Shown here in pieces: positions 1 through 12,790 of a stretch of 64,000 nucleotides of DNA. Source of the DNA: Octopus bimaculoides (lineage: Eukaryota); contig NC_069004.1 in the NCBI RefSeq assembly GCF_001194135.2, positions 32,505,264 to 32,569,263 on the forward strand. The letters run 5' to 3'. Numbering within the stretch: position 1 is the stretch's first letter; every line of letters begins with the position of its first letter. Under the pieces are notes generated by a model. The model saw nothing but the letters and a program-made list of their open reading frames with translations. It did not search any database and was not told where the DNA came from. The position numbers and the translations under genes were made by a program.

Positions 1-93
1 GTGTTTTAACGAATGTACTAATGAGATTTGGGTTCAAATATACATTTAAATAACAATGGGTACGCTCGGCCGGCTAAGTAACGAAAGGGTTAA
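1..93. mobile_element. Terminus of a piggyBac-type MITE running off the window start
   Basis: Ends ...acgaaagggTTAA, the reverse complement of the TTAA-CCCTTT terminus seen in other elements in this window; the other end lies outside the window. Confidence 0.4.
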
Positions 94-399
94 ATTTTGA
101 TGAAATTTGCTGATATGATTGTTGGTATACATTGTGAATGTAGTTTTTTACCTGCTGTCATGTCACTTTTATATGCCAAGGTTACTTGAATACAGTTAAG
201 TTGATTACACAGAGGTGTTATTCCATATATTGATTCCTGGGCTTCGATTTCCTAATTAGAACATTAAAAAAAAAAAAAAATCATTAATAAATTACACTAC
301 CAAATTCTGACTCGCTGTTTGAGGTTTAAGTTTGGTGAAGTTCTAGTAGCCTTGTTATCAAAGGCATTCTTAACCCTTTGCAGACAAAGCCTTATTTGG

Positions 400-820
400 A
401 GTTTCAGTGCCAAGAAGATGCAACCATTTATGACCTCAGAACCTCTTCTTGAGCTGAATGTTTCTGAGAAAGTTGACAGCATACTTATTGGTCTCTCTGA
501 CAAACATTTGAATGAAATTCCATGTGAAAAACAGCACAGAATATTCCACTGGGGTGCTTATGCCTTGTGGCATATTTCTAGGCTCTATATTTTCTAAGAA
601 TTAATAGGGGTCATCTCTAGTTCAGCATCCCTAATCCTAAACCAATGGTTCACAACATTATCTCCATCACCATTGTCATTTTGATCTTCTCCATTACTTT
701 CCTGGTTGTTTAGACTAGTTTCAGTGTCAGATTCACTGCTTGGCTGGGAGAAATCAGACACTTCTGAGGATATTTTCATCAGTGTCACAGAACAGCAAAC
801 TATCATGGAAGCCACCATTG
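400..820 (-). pseudogene. piggyBac transposase N-terminal remnant (frameshift and stops)
   Basis: Acidic stretch SSESDTETS...NDNGDGD, then after a frameshift ENIEPRNMPQGISTPVEYSVLFFTWNFIQMFVRETNKYA, matching the PGBD-type P..YF.LFFT......V.ETN.YA motif; no DDD core. Confidence 0.65.
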
Positions 821-826
821 CAAGGT

Positions 827-1020
827 CCAGATCTACAAGTAATGCAAGAAGCAATCTGATTGGCTGGTACAAAGACCAGCCAGCTAATCTCGAGGCTTGT
901 ATTATCAGGCCAACAGATCAAAGGCCCAGATCTACAAGTAATGCAAGAAGCAATCTGATTGGCTGGTACAAAGACCAGCCAGCTAATCTCAAGGCTTGTA
1001 TTATCAGGCTGACAGATCAG
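827..1020. repeat. 99-bp tandem duplication in the piggyBac 5' region
   Basis: ccagatctacaagtaatgcaagaagcaatctgattggctgg... starts at 827 and again at 926, near-identical. Confidence 0.95.
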
Positions 1021-1409
1021 TTCAGTTGTCTTTTTCGCCATTTGACTTTTTGGCTCATAGATCATCTCTGTCGTCTCCCAAGGGTTAATGTGACCATCCC
1101 ATTATTTTAGCCATAGTTTATCTGGTATTTCATTCTGCAATACATCCATCACTTTCTAAAGAAAACAGGTTATGATTTGGCTGCAAATTCTAGCATGCTG
1201 TGCAACCATATAGAGACTTTCCCTATTAACCTCTGGCTCATTAATTGGTTGATTGCTTGGATGGCCTGGCTGGCTGTTTAACATATTGGCCAGTTGAACA
1301 ACTGTCTGATGGTGCAGCTATCTGGGTGGTTAGTTGGTTGTCTCTCAGGTTGACTGGTCGGCTGGGTAGTTGTCTGGTTGGTTTATATGCATGTCTGCAT
1401 TTGGGTATG

Positions 1410-1447
<38 letters not shown>

Positions 1448-1662
1448 AATTTAACATGATGAGTTGTATGATGTAAAGTGTAATTAACCTAGGTCTTGGC
1501 TGGTTGGCTAGTTATATGGTTGGTTGAACAGCATGCTATCTGTCTGTTTTGGTTGATCGGTCAGTTGGGGGGTTATTTTAGTGCTCAATAACTGGTCTTA
1601 CTGCTTGATCTCCTGCTTGGTCAGTTTAAAACTTTATATATTTATTTATTTATTCATTCATT

Positions 1663-1716
<54 letters not shown>

Positions 1717-2433
1717 TGAATGACAGTGACATTAGTTACAGGTTTCCAACAGGCTGACCACTGGTCCAGTGTAATTTGACAGTCAGAGTGACAAGGGGCA
1801 AGGCATGACCTGCACAACTCAGCTGGAACAAATTCCTCAGTGCAATTTTGATTGAATGCACCAGTTTTATTGCTTCACTTGCAGATGTGTGCACCATTCT
1901 TTGACATATACTACTTGAGAAATACACACATGCACACATATGCATACACAAACACATGCATTCTATGTTTGGTTTTACAAGCACAAGAAGATTCAATCTA
2001 TGAAGCAGAATGTGTGTGTGTGTGTGTATTTCGTCTTTTACTTGTTTCAATCATTAGACTGCAGCCATGCATATGATCTTTTATGATGAACTCCAATACT
2101 ATGGCTATGGGATTGGCCAAATCATTAGAGCATCATAAAAAAAAGCCTTGTGATATTTCTTCTAACTCTTTATGTTCTGAGTTCTAATCTTATAAAGGCT
2201 GACTTTGCAGTTTATCCTTTCAGGATTGATAGGATAAAGTACCAGTCAAGTACTGGAGTGGAGGGTTGGGGGTTGATGTTATTGAGCTAATCCCCTCCCC
2301 TCAAAATTGCTGGCTTTGTGCCTAAATTGGGAGCAGCTTCTATCTACCAAATTCACTAGGCTTTGGTTTACCCAGTGCTTCCAAACCAGCAAGTGGTTTG
2401 GAAGCAAACTTCTTAGCTACACAACCATGCCTG

Positions 2434-2492
<59 letters not shown>

Positions 2493-3814
2493 TATATATA
2501 TGTATATATTTATATATTGTGTGTGTAAACCACAAGAATGCATTAATACAAACACTTTTTTTTTAATGAACAGAAAAGGCTTTAGAGTTCAGCTATATTC
2601 TGGTTCATCATCTGTTGAAACCTGTTTCATTGTAAGATAACTAAAGGCATCTAGATTATTGTTACTGTTGCTGTTCATTAATTATCTGTCTTTTGTGGTA
2701 GGAATTAGAACATTCTGTGACCTCTTATTACATGCTTTTATTCCTCCATCCACCTACCCACATCTCCTCCCACTTCACTGATATATTTTTACTCATTTAC
2801 GCACCTACATGTCTATCTATCTATCTATCTCTCTGTCTATTTCTGGGTATGAGTAGATATATCTATTTATGACTTTGTATGTTTGTCTGATTGTGTAAAC
2901 CTGTGTTGCTATGCAGATATCTGTCTGTCTCTGTCTGAGTTTGTCTGTCCTTCTATCTGTGTGTGCCTATGTCTGTCTCTCTTTTTATATGTTGGTTTTG
3001 TTGTGATTCACTCTCTGCTACACAGTTCTTTGTTTCTATTTGACAGTCTCTTGGAATATGGGTTAAATTATATTTCTCACCGATTAAATTAAACAGCACA
3101 ACAGACACATACATACATATCATTTATCAACAACACAGGCATAAAATATATCAACCTATATCACAGAAAACATTTACATGTAGCCTATCAACCTATCTCA
3201 CAATGAACACCTACATAAAGCATATCAACCTATCTCACAACAAACGTCTGTTCTTTTATTCAGGCATTTTGTATCTAGAACTGCAATATCCAATGTGTGT
3301 TTCCCTTTCTAAGACAACAGGGTTTGATTTGAGGAGGAAATCAACAGCTATTTTGAGCTGGTTATGTGACTACTTAGGCTCCCACATTGGTTCACAATGT
3401 TATTGTTATTTAGCCCTAGGTCAATTGTTATCCAGCAGACCAAGGCTCAAAGATATTCCAACCAGGACCATCTTGTATTTTAATTTATAAATCAATGTAT
3501 TTAGGACTACATTACTCAGCATATACATAGTTTGCAATTTTGCAAAAGTGTGACTCAAAGGACAGTTAGCTGCTATGTCTAGAAGTGTAGCAGTCATATA
3601 GTTACCCTCTCATTTCTTCATTGGTTTGCACTCTCGTGTTTATGACTTGCTGGGTCATGGTGTTTCATTATGCAACCATAATATACTATAAAGTATATTA
3701 AACATTTCCATAAACCAATACCGTGTTCTACTGTGTTAGCAGTGCACTTTACATTGTCCACTGGTACTCTCTTTTGAGACAATATACAAAACCTTATTGA
3801 AACAGCAATATATA

Positions 3815-4239
3815 AGGGCTCTTAGATCCCCCAGTGCTGTCAGCACAATGAGCGATGATCTTTCTCCAGACATCTCAGTTGCTTGCCTTCCACCTGGTTT
3901 CATTCAGGCCAACTCCCAACGCTATTGTGTTGTCCAGGAATATACTGTACCACATTTTCCTTGGTCCTCCCCTTGGTCTCTTTCCTCCTCACAATGATAG
4001 CATGTCTGTCTTGCAGTAATCAAAGCACATGGCCAGTGAACCATATTTGCCACTTGGTCACTTTGTCCTGCAAACTTCCTGTGCCTGCTCTTTCTTGTCA
4101 CCTTTTTGTTTCTCACTCTGTCCTAGTAAGCGATATCCAGAATTGAACACAGGCAGCATCGATGAAACATGCCCAGGCAATTGAGAGATTTTCTGTCTTC
4201 TTTCAGGTTTCACAGGCGTAGATGGTTGTTTGGTATAAC
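3815..4239 (-). mobile_element. Decayed RTE-clade LINE, 3' end of ORF
   Basis: Across frameshifts: TTIYACET, LGMFHRCCLCSILDIAY*DRVRN, WFTGHVL, GGKRPRGGPRKMW, WRKIIAHC; typical RTE C-terminal motifs. Confidence 0.75.
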
Positions 4240-4575
4240 AATAAAGACTAAAAAATACAAAACTATATAAAAGAAACAAAAATAAAAATTTGGTAAAAAA
4301 AAAAAAAAGGAGAGAAAGAATGGGTGAAAGAAAACCTTTCAGCTGTTGTGAAGAAGCATCAATTTTTTACTGTTCTTTATTCTTGAATGCCATTGGTTAT
4401 TTTCATGGGCATTAATGGAGATCGTGATTAATTAGAACTCTGCAGGGAATGGTAAAGTATAGTTGTGCCACTCTCAGTTGTCTCCTGATGTTGAAATATT
4501 CATTTTAGTTTTTACATGAAGAAGCCCATGTATGTGTGTGTGTTTGTATATATTTATATATACACATATGCATGT

Positions 4576-4667
4576 NNNNNNNNNNNNNNNNNNNNNNNNN
4601 NNNNNNNNNNNNNNNNNNNNNNNNNNNNNNNNNNNNNNNNNNNNNNNNNNNNNNNNNNNNNNNNNNN
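4576..4667. other. Assembly gap (others at 9205-9384, 20298-20872, 29399-29506, 42778-42908, 54891-54907)
   Basis: Runs of N, several abutting microsatellites or repeats. Confidence 1.
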
Positions 4668-6019
4668 TATATATATACACAAATACATGTGTGTTGAGTG
4701 TGAATTCTGGGAATAAGGTGTTGAGTGTATGTTAACATGTATGTATGTGTAGAAGGTAGTTAAGTGTGAAATGTAGGTATAGGTGTATATATAGATGTAG
4801 TTGAGCTTGGTTACATGTGAAATGTGGTTATAAAGTGCAATGTTTGTTTGTGTAGGTGTGTTTAGTTAACAAATGAAATATGTGTATGTGGTGTTATCTA
4901 TATGGGTGTGTGTGTGTGTGTGCGTGCCTGAGTGGTAGTTTCTTGACTGGGGGTGTGTGTATGGTTTGTCTGTGTAGTTGTTGGTTTACATTTTTGGCTG
5001 TGTCTGTGTTTATATGTGTTTTTGTGTATGTGTGTACATGTATGTCTGTGTGCCTGTGGGGTGGCATCTATCTCCATGTCTATGTATGTAGTTTATGTGT
5101 GTGTATCCTGCTATCTATTTCTCAATTTGACTTTATGTAGGTATGTGTTGCCTCTGTGTGTATTTTTCTCAGTGTGTATATGTGTGTAAGGAAGCCATAT
5201 GGTTGTGTGCAATAAACTTGGAATAAAACACTAATGTGGGTTAGCAAGCACTTTTTAGTTTTGCAAGTACAGTCCACACTGCAGAGAGGCTGCAGTAGTA
5301 AATGCACCCAACCATAAAACCAGCAAAAAGAAGACACCACACAATAATGTTTGGTTGTTTCCTTTGTTGTTGTTGTATATCATCATCATCATCATCATCG
5401 TTTACCGTCCGCTTTCCATGCTAGCATGGGTTAAAGTGATAATGGTGAAGTGCTATAATGGGACACACCCATCCAACCCACACCAGCATGATGAAAAAGA
5501 AGAAAGACATATATAACATTGGTGAGGACACTACACACATACATGCACATGGGGTCTAGTGGTTAGGATGTTTGCCTTGTGATTGAAAGGTTATAGGTTC
5601 AGTTTCTAGATTGGATGGCATGTTGTATCCCTCTGCAAAACACTTCATTTTATATTACACTTGACTCCTGTCTACTCAGCTGTAATGAGTGACAGTTAGA
5701 TGCTGGCACAGCCCTCACTTCCTCTTTTATCCCCACCACATCAAGGATGTGGGGGACAAGAGAGCATCTGTCTATGTCTGCTCATGACTTCATAGGTACC
5801 TAAACCAATTTGCAAAAGTACGGTATATATAACCATGTCATGCTTGTGAGTGACAAGTGGTTCTACTATGATTATGCGTGTGTTTTTGTGTACCCTTGTC
5901 TTGATGTCTACCTGCATCAATTCGCAATGAAAGCAGGTAGTGATTTTACCTTGTCCTATTCTTAGTGCAAGTTTTGAAGAGTGCAGTTCGATTTTAACAG
6001 TTATATTTTCGAAGCTATA

Positions 6020-7029
6020 ATGGAAGTGGCAAAGGAGCATATTTGGAATATTTTGCTTTATGAGTTCAATAAAGGCAACAATGCAACAGAAAGTGTGAGG
6101 AATATTAATGCAGTAAATGGGAATTGGACAATAAATGTTAGCCAGTGTCAGGAGTGGTTCCAGAAATTCCAAGTTGGAAATTACAGCCTAGAAGACAAGC
6201 CTCATCCTGGAAGATCTGTAGAGCTCGATAAGGACATCCTGAAAACCTTGGCGGAACAAAATCCCATTGTAAGTGTTGCACTAGCAGAGGAACTTAGATT
6301 TGGTCATTCAACCATTCATCGACACCTGCATGCCATTGGAGAAGTCAGCAAATTGGGTCAATGGGTTCCTCGCAAACTTTCCAAGTCTAATTATGCACAG
6401 AGAGTGAATGTGTGCTCTTCTTTGCTGTCACATCTCATAAATGAACCTTTTTTGGACCGAATAGTGACTGGTGATAAAAAATGTGTTGTCTATAAAAATG
6501 TCAAGTGCTGAAGACAGTGGGTAGGGAAAGGAGAAACACTGGCACCCCAGGCTAAAGAAGATTTTCACCCATGTAAGGTATTTTTATCTGTTTGGTGGGA
6601 TATGAAAGGTTTAGTCCACTTTGAAATTTTAAACCCAAACCAAACAATAACAGCAACTTCAGTGGCATAAGTGAGCACTACAAGGAAAACGAAAATCTTT
6701 GGTTTCAAGACGATAGGTGTTCTTCCATCAGGATACTACTCAGCCACATACAGTGAGGATGACATTCCAAAGGCTGGAACAGTTTGAATGGGAAATGATA
6801 CCCCATCCACTATATTCGTCATACATTGCCCCATCTGATTATCATTTATTCCGCAGTCTTCAAAATCATTTGGATGGAAAACACATGAATTCTGTAGATG
6901 AGGTCAGAACAGTACTATTGGAGTATTTTTTTGTCATGGACAAGTGAATTTTGGAAGAGAACCCATGCAAGTCTACCAGAGAGATAGAAAAGGATTATAG
7001 AGAATGAACGAGAGTATATTTTAGATTAA
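6020..7029 (+). pseudogene. Mariner (DD34D-type) transposase pseudogene, near full length
   Basis: MEVAKEHI..LLYEFNKG, WFQKF, LGQWVPRKL (WVPHEL motif), RIVTGD, VWWDMKG, FHQD..QPH, YSSYIAPSDYHLFRSLQNHL (YSPDLAPSD motif); in-frame stop at 6509-6511, frameshift near 6655, further stops; final TAA 7027-7029. Confidence 0.95.
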
Positions 7030-7091
7030 AAAAGAAACTTGTTTATCTTAATTTTGAAAAATAAAAGAAGTATAAAACAAACCACATTATT

Positions 7092-7111
7092 TTATGGGAT
7101 GACCCAATGTA
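7092..7111 (+). mobile_element. Right TIR of the mariner element with TA
   Basis: ttatgggatgacccaatgTA about 60 bp after the stop codon; mariner-like terminus; matching left TIR not found. Confidence 0.55.
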
Positions 7112-7295
7112 TAAACAGTTTAACATTAACCTGAATAATTACTCAATACTTTTTTTAGTAGCGTACATGTTTATTAAACTTTTACAAGTAGCAGGGTAAC
7201 AGTGACATCAATACAGAACCAGCTGGCAAAAATACCCCTTCATTTGTTTATTTGTTTGTTTGTTTCTTTTTTTTAAAATTCTCTATAGACGCATG

Positions 7296-7333
<38 letters not shown>

Positions 7334-7557
7334 TTCAAAATGGCAAAGAACATCTCAAACAACCACACTCAAAACACCCTCTTTCCAAAATCCCTGAAAA
7401 GAAATTCAACTCCTGATTTTTTTTTCAACCACCTCACATATATATGAAAGGTATGAATTTTCTATAAGAAATCATTCATGATGAAGGTGCTAAATAAATA
7501 GCTTTTGTCCAAATTCTGACTACCTATGTCTTCTTGCTTTCTTTGTATATATACGTG

Positions 7558-7716
7558 TGGTTGGCGTTAGGAAGGGCATCCAGCTGTAGAAACTCTGCCA
7601 AATTTAGATTGGAGCCTGATGTTGCCATCCGGTTTCACCAGTCCTCAGTCAAGTCGTCCAACCCATGCTAGCATGGAAAGCGGACGTTAAACGATGATGA
7701 TGATGATGATGATGAT
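7558..7716 (+). mobile_element. RTE LINE 3' UTR fragment with (GAT)n tail
   Basis: Reverse complement of 42541-42700, which is attached to an RTE ORF; ends aaacgatgatgatgat. Confidence 0.8.
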
Positions 7717-8301
7717 ATATATTGAAAGCACATGGCCTAGTTGTTGAGAGTGTTGGGCTCACAATCACACATTTGTGCTTTGGTTCTCAAAATTATACAT
7801 ATATGTGGTTCTGTATACAAAATGTGTATATAGATTATTTATATTTTATATTCACATCTGCGTGTGTGTATGGAGAATTTTTTTATCATCCAATATAGAG
7901 CGACAGCAGTTGTTTATACCATTTCTGCCCAACACCCATCCCCTCACTCACACATTCTATCACTGTTCAATCACTCGTCTGTCACACATTTGTGTGAACA
8001 TCTGGTGTTGCTGTGTATCAATATTTAAGAAATGTTTATTGGGTTAGTCTACTGATTGGACTCCAGTGAAATATCTCAATCTCCATGAACTGAACTCAGT
8101 AAATCATACATTTATGCGCACACACACACACGTGCGTGCACGCATCCACATGCAGACACACAGAGACTGTTTTATGTTTGTCTCCCTCTTTCTCTGTCTC
8201 TCTAAACATTGTTTTAGATATGGATTGCTACAGTGTTATGCATATGTATGTAATTTTATATATATATACACACACATACATACACCTACAAACATACTTT
8301 G

Positions 8302-8343
<42 letters not shown>

Positions 8344-8552
8344 AATAATAAAAGAGTATATGCATATATACGTACAGGTATGTGCATACCTACGTCTACC
8401 TGTATATATAGGTGCATATCTGGGTACAGGACATTGCAAACAAAACGTAGACAAAAAAATAATAATAACCAGAGTACAGAACACATACAGGCCACATAGA
8501 GAACATTTTCCTTCATCAGCTGCCCCCATTCTAACACAGGCGTTTCGAAGAG

Positions 8553-8591
<39 letters not shown>

Positions 8592-10307
8592 TACATATAA
8601 ATTGCTATAAACACACACATACATATACATATTTACATACCTACAGGTGTATAAATGTATATATATTTATATATGTGTGTGTGTGCTTGCACCTGCAATA
8701 TACATCATGAGGTATACCATATATACATGTGCATTCATTCATACATACAGATAATAACATACATGTATACATACATGTACACATTCACCTACATAAAAAA
8801 TACGAACATGCATGCATAGTCTTTCTCTCTTGCTCACACACACATACAAGTGCACACATACGCACACACACATAATTAGCATAGTTGGTGGATCTTGATA
8901 TACTATCCTTTAAAAATTTTCTTTTCTTTCTAATATAATGCACCCAACTTAATGACTACTACCATGGCTAGATGGTTAGATGGCTATTGGTATTCTGGAC
9001 AATCTTACTGTTGGCACGCACAAAAGGCACTTGAGAGACTACACTGGAACCAGTCCAAGATTTCACTTTGTCCAGTGCCAAATTGGATAAAGAACAGCTG
9101 TAAGTTGGGAGACCTGATTAGCTGTGTTTCACTTCTCAGGGTACCATGGAAATGTCTATATATTTTTGACAGTACTCTCCAGCATACCCAAAGCACCCCC
9201 CCCCNNNNNNNNNNNNNNNNNNNNNNNNNNNNNNNNNNNNNNNNNNNNNNNNNNNNNNNNNNNNNNNNNNNNNNNNNNNNNNNNNNNNNNNNNNNNNNNN
9301 NNNNNNNNNNNNNNNNNNNNNNNNNNNNNNNNNNNNNNNNNNNNNNNNNNNNNNNNNNNNNNNNNNNNNNNNNNNNNNNNNNNNCTTCCTCCTCCTGATA
9401 TTACCTCCTACCTCCTCCTCATATTATTTTCCCCACTTCAATTAGCTTTCCTCCTCTTTTATTCCTCCCCCCCCTGTATTCCTTCCCCCCCTCCTAATAT
9501 TACCTTTTTCTTCCTCATCTTACCTTTTCCCCCCCTCGAATTTTTTTCTCCCTCTTCCTCTATCCCTTTAACTTCCTTTTTCTCTCATATCCTTCCCTCA
9601 CCCCGCCAACTCCCTTTTCTTCCTTTTGTTCAGTCCCCTTCCACCCCTCTCTCATCCTTGCACCAACTGCTATTTGCTTGACTTGCTGAATGTTGCTGCC
9701 ATGCTCCCATGTGACACCTTTAAGCAGGGACCCTGTAGGTAAATGTTGGTGTCACACTCTCATGTGGCCTCTTTAAAGCACGGACCCACATGATTTCTTT
9801 TAAGGTTTTACAAACCCTTCAGGACATCCTAACCCCTTCTCTTGACAATCAAACCAAGACTGACTGCACCTAAAGAACAACAAAAATGCACAACAGTATC
9901 AAGTGACAAGTAGTAAGCCGAACACCATGGTTGATCTCTGAGACCTGAGAGTGGTCCTGTAAAGAACCCGAAACCTTACACCTCACTCACTCATTAGTGA
10001 CTGACTCCTCATCGCTCTTGACAACCGTGACGACAAGCAAGAGAGCATGCAGACAGATTAGTTGCTGCCTCAGTGGTTGTGGTGGTAAAATGCCACTTAG
10101 CTTAATAAATCACAAACTAAAAGAAGTAGTATGGCCTGTTGGATAAAACCTTGGCTTAGTTTCCATTGTCAACGGATTATACAGAGAGATTCTACTACTA
10201 TCAACACAACATGCAACCTACAGCTGGCCGAAGTACTCTGAGCACGATGCAGTTTACTGGTTCTCTGCCGTCTTTTATTACACTGTGTGCAAAGTTTCTT
10301 CTCTCCC

Positions 10308-10349
<42 letters not shown>

Positions 10350-10641
10350 CTCTCCCTCTTGCTTTAGCCCTCTCTCAATCTGTTTCTCAATTAATCTTCA
10401 GTGTTCTTTTTTCGTTTGTTTTGGTTAGGCCTGTGTTATGGGGAAAGAACAGTAACATCACCTCTGTGAGCCGTTACTATTGCCATAGCCATCATTACCA
10501 TCATCATCATCGTTGTTGTTACTGTTGTTATCATCACTCATCATCATTGTCATCACTCAGTTTAATCAAGCTGCCCTTGTGGAAAAAATTTGAAATAATA
10601 ATAACAATAATAATAATAATTATTATTATTATTATCATTAA

Positions 10642-10948
10642 GGTGGCAAACTGGCAGAGTTACTAGGATGCTGGGCGAAATGCTTAGCGGTATTTCGTCT
10701 GTCACTGCGTTCTGAGTTCAAATTCCACCAAGGTTGACTTTACCTTTCATCCTTCCAGAGGTTGATTAAATAAGTACCAGTTATAGACTGGGATCAATGT
10801 AATCAGCTTAATTCTCTCCGCTGAGGTCAACTTTACCTTTAATCCTTTCAGGGTTGATAAATTAAGTACCAGTTGCATACTGGGGTCAATCTAATCGACT
10901 GGCCCTCTCCCCCAAAATTTCGAGCCTTGTGCCTAGAGTAGAAAAGAA
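10642..10948 (+). mobile_element. SINE family B (ggcgg..ctggcagaa...gttcaaattcc; (ATT)n-associated)
   Basis: B-box-like GAGTTCAAATTCC; many homologous copies in the window (35779, 49340-51700, 60348, 62500). Confidence 0.8.
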
Positions 10949-11963
10949 TGTCTACTTTTCCTGACTCATTCTTGCATGGGTCTGATGGAATTCATTGAGG
11001 CAGGTTTTCTCCAGTTGGATGCCCTTTCTGTCATCAACCCTCTCCTGTTTCCTAGCAAGGTATCATTTTCCATGACCGGACATGTTTTTCACAGAAGTTT
11101 GGAAAAATTGCTTGCATGATGACAATGCTCCTTTACAACCACCACATGGTGTCAAGACAAGGATGCACAAATGCTCACATATATACAAACATACTTGTTC
11201 ACATTAAAGGCTTCTTCCAGTTTCTGTCTACTAAATTTACTCTTAGGGCTTTGGTCAGCTCAGAGCTATAACAAAAGACACTAGCCCAAGGTACTACACA
11301 ATGGATATTGAACCTGAGACTTCAATGTTAGGAAGCAAACTTTGAACCATACTGCCATGCTGAAACCTATAAATAGATCTGTCTATCTATCTGTCTGTCT
11401 GTCTACTTCTGTCTCCCTCCTCCCGCGCTCTCTCTCTCTCATATATATCTTACACACACACACATCCGACTATCTTATATGTGTGTGTGTGTTTGTGTGT
11501 GTATCTGATTATCTACACATGCAAATACATCTACATATGTGCAAATGTATATATTAATGTGAGTATGCATAAGTGTGTATCTGTAATGAATGTTTCAAGG
11601 GAATAATCAATTCTAGAAATAACTCACGCAAATACAACAAGAGGTCAATGACTTCGACACACTCAGGCATTTTGTTTCTTTTTCTTCACCAAAAAAAAAA
11701 AAAACATTTCAAATTAAGGAGACAAAATGATTTAGAAAACAAGAACCAAACAATAACAACAACACAATTAACAATCACAACCATAGCAATTTCATTCAGA
11801 GGTGAATAAACAAACGAATTTTGAAGGCCCATCACTCATGTAGTTGTCTGAATTAGAATCAAAATCAGTATGGGGGTCGATGTTTTATTGATACTGATTG
11901 TACGAGAGGACAGATTGGTGGGGGAAAGGCAAACTGAAGCCTAATTGGGTTTTGAACTTTTAA

Positions 11964-12254
11964 CCCATTACCTACCAGTGATCTCATATGAGATCACTTA
12001 AAATTTACAAATTTCATAATTATCTGTCAATATTTACACATATCTAACCTGTTTGCTATATCTACTAGGTATATTTCTCTGATATTCAAATGAGGTTTGC
12101 TAATTTCTCACCCAACATCTCGCTTATTTCTATTTAAAATGTTATTTTGAAATGTTATTTTGATCATTCCAGCGTGTTTCTAAGGCTGTTTTATGCTAGA
12201 AATCAAAGTTTCATTAAAAAAATTCCAGTTAATAGAATTATGGGAGGTAATGGG
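11964..12254. mobile_element. piggyBac-type MITE
   Basis: TTAA at 11960-11963 and 12255-12258; TIRs cccattacctacca / tgggaggtaatggg. Confidence 0.8.
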
Positions 12255-12451
12255 TTAAACTCAGAGCAGCAAAAGGGAGTGTTGAAACCTGTTACTTGAT
12301 ATAGTGTGCAACTGTTTCCATAACCTTAACCCTCTACCATCTATGGTGCATCTATATCGCATTGAGAATTGTAAAGTGTTCTTTTTTTTTTCCTTTAGTG
12401 CATTCACTGTATGGTATTTCAACTCTTAGTCTGTAATTTTCCAACAACAGT

Positions 12452-12790
12452 ACTTGCTTCCCAACCATGTGGTTTTAGGTTCGGTCCCATTGACTGGCAC
12501 CTTGGGTAAGTGTCTTCTACTATAGCCCCCTAGGCTGAGCAAATCCTTGTGAATGAATTTGATAGAAAGAAACTGAGAGAAGCCCCATCAAACACACAAA
12601 TACATACATATGCACACACACACACACACACTTGACGGGCTTCTTTCAGTTTCCGTCTACCAAATCCACTCACAAGGTTTTGGTCAGCCCAAGGCTATGG
12701 TAGAAGACACTTGCCCAAGGTGCAACGCAGTGGGACTGAACCTGGGACCATGTGGTTGGGAAGCAAGCTTCTTACTACACAGCCACTCTT
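12452..12790. mobile_element. Two family A SINE heads in inverted orientation
   Basis: 12452-12590 (+) and 12635-12790 (-) are mutually complementary, separated by a (CA)n-rich spacer. Confidence 0.85.

Larger units (their letters stand above)
374..1084 (-). mobile_element. Internally deleted (non-autonomous) piggyBac element
   Basis: TTAA at 370-373 and 1085-1088; termini CCCTTTGCAGAC and (reverse complement) CCCTTGGGAGAC match 10/12; carries a piggyBac-like N-terminal coding remnant. Confidence 0.8.
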
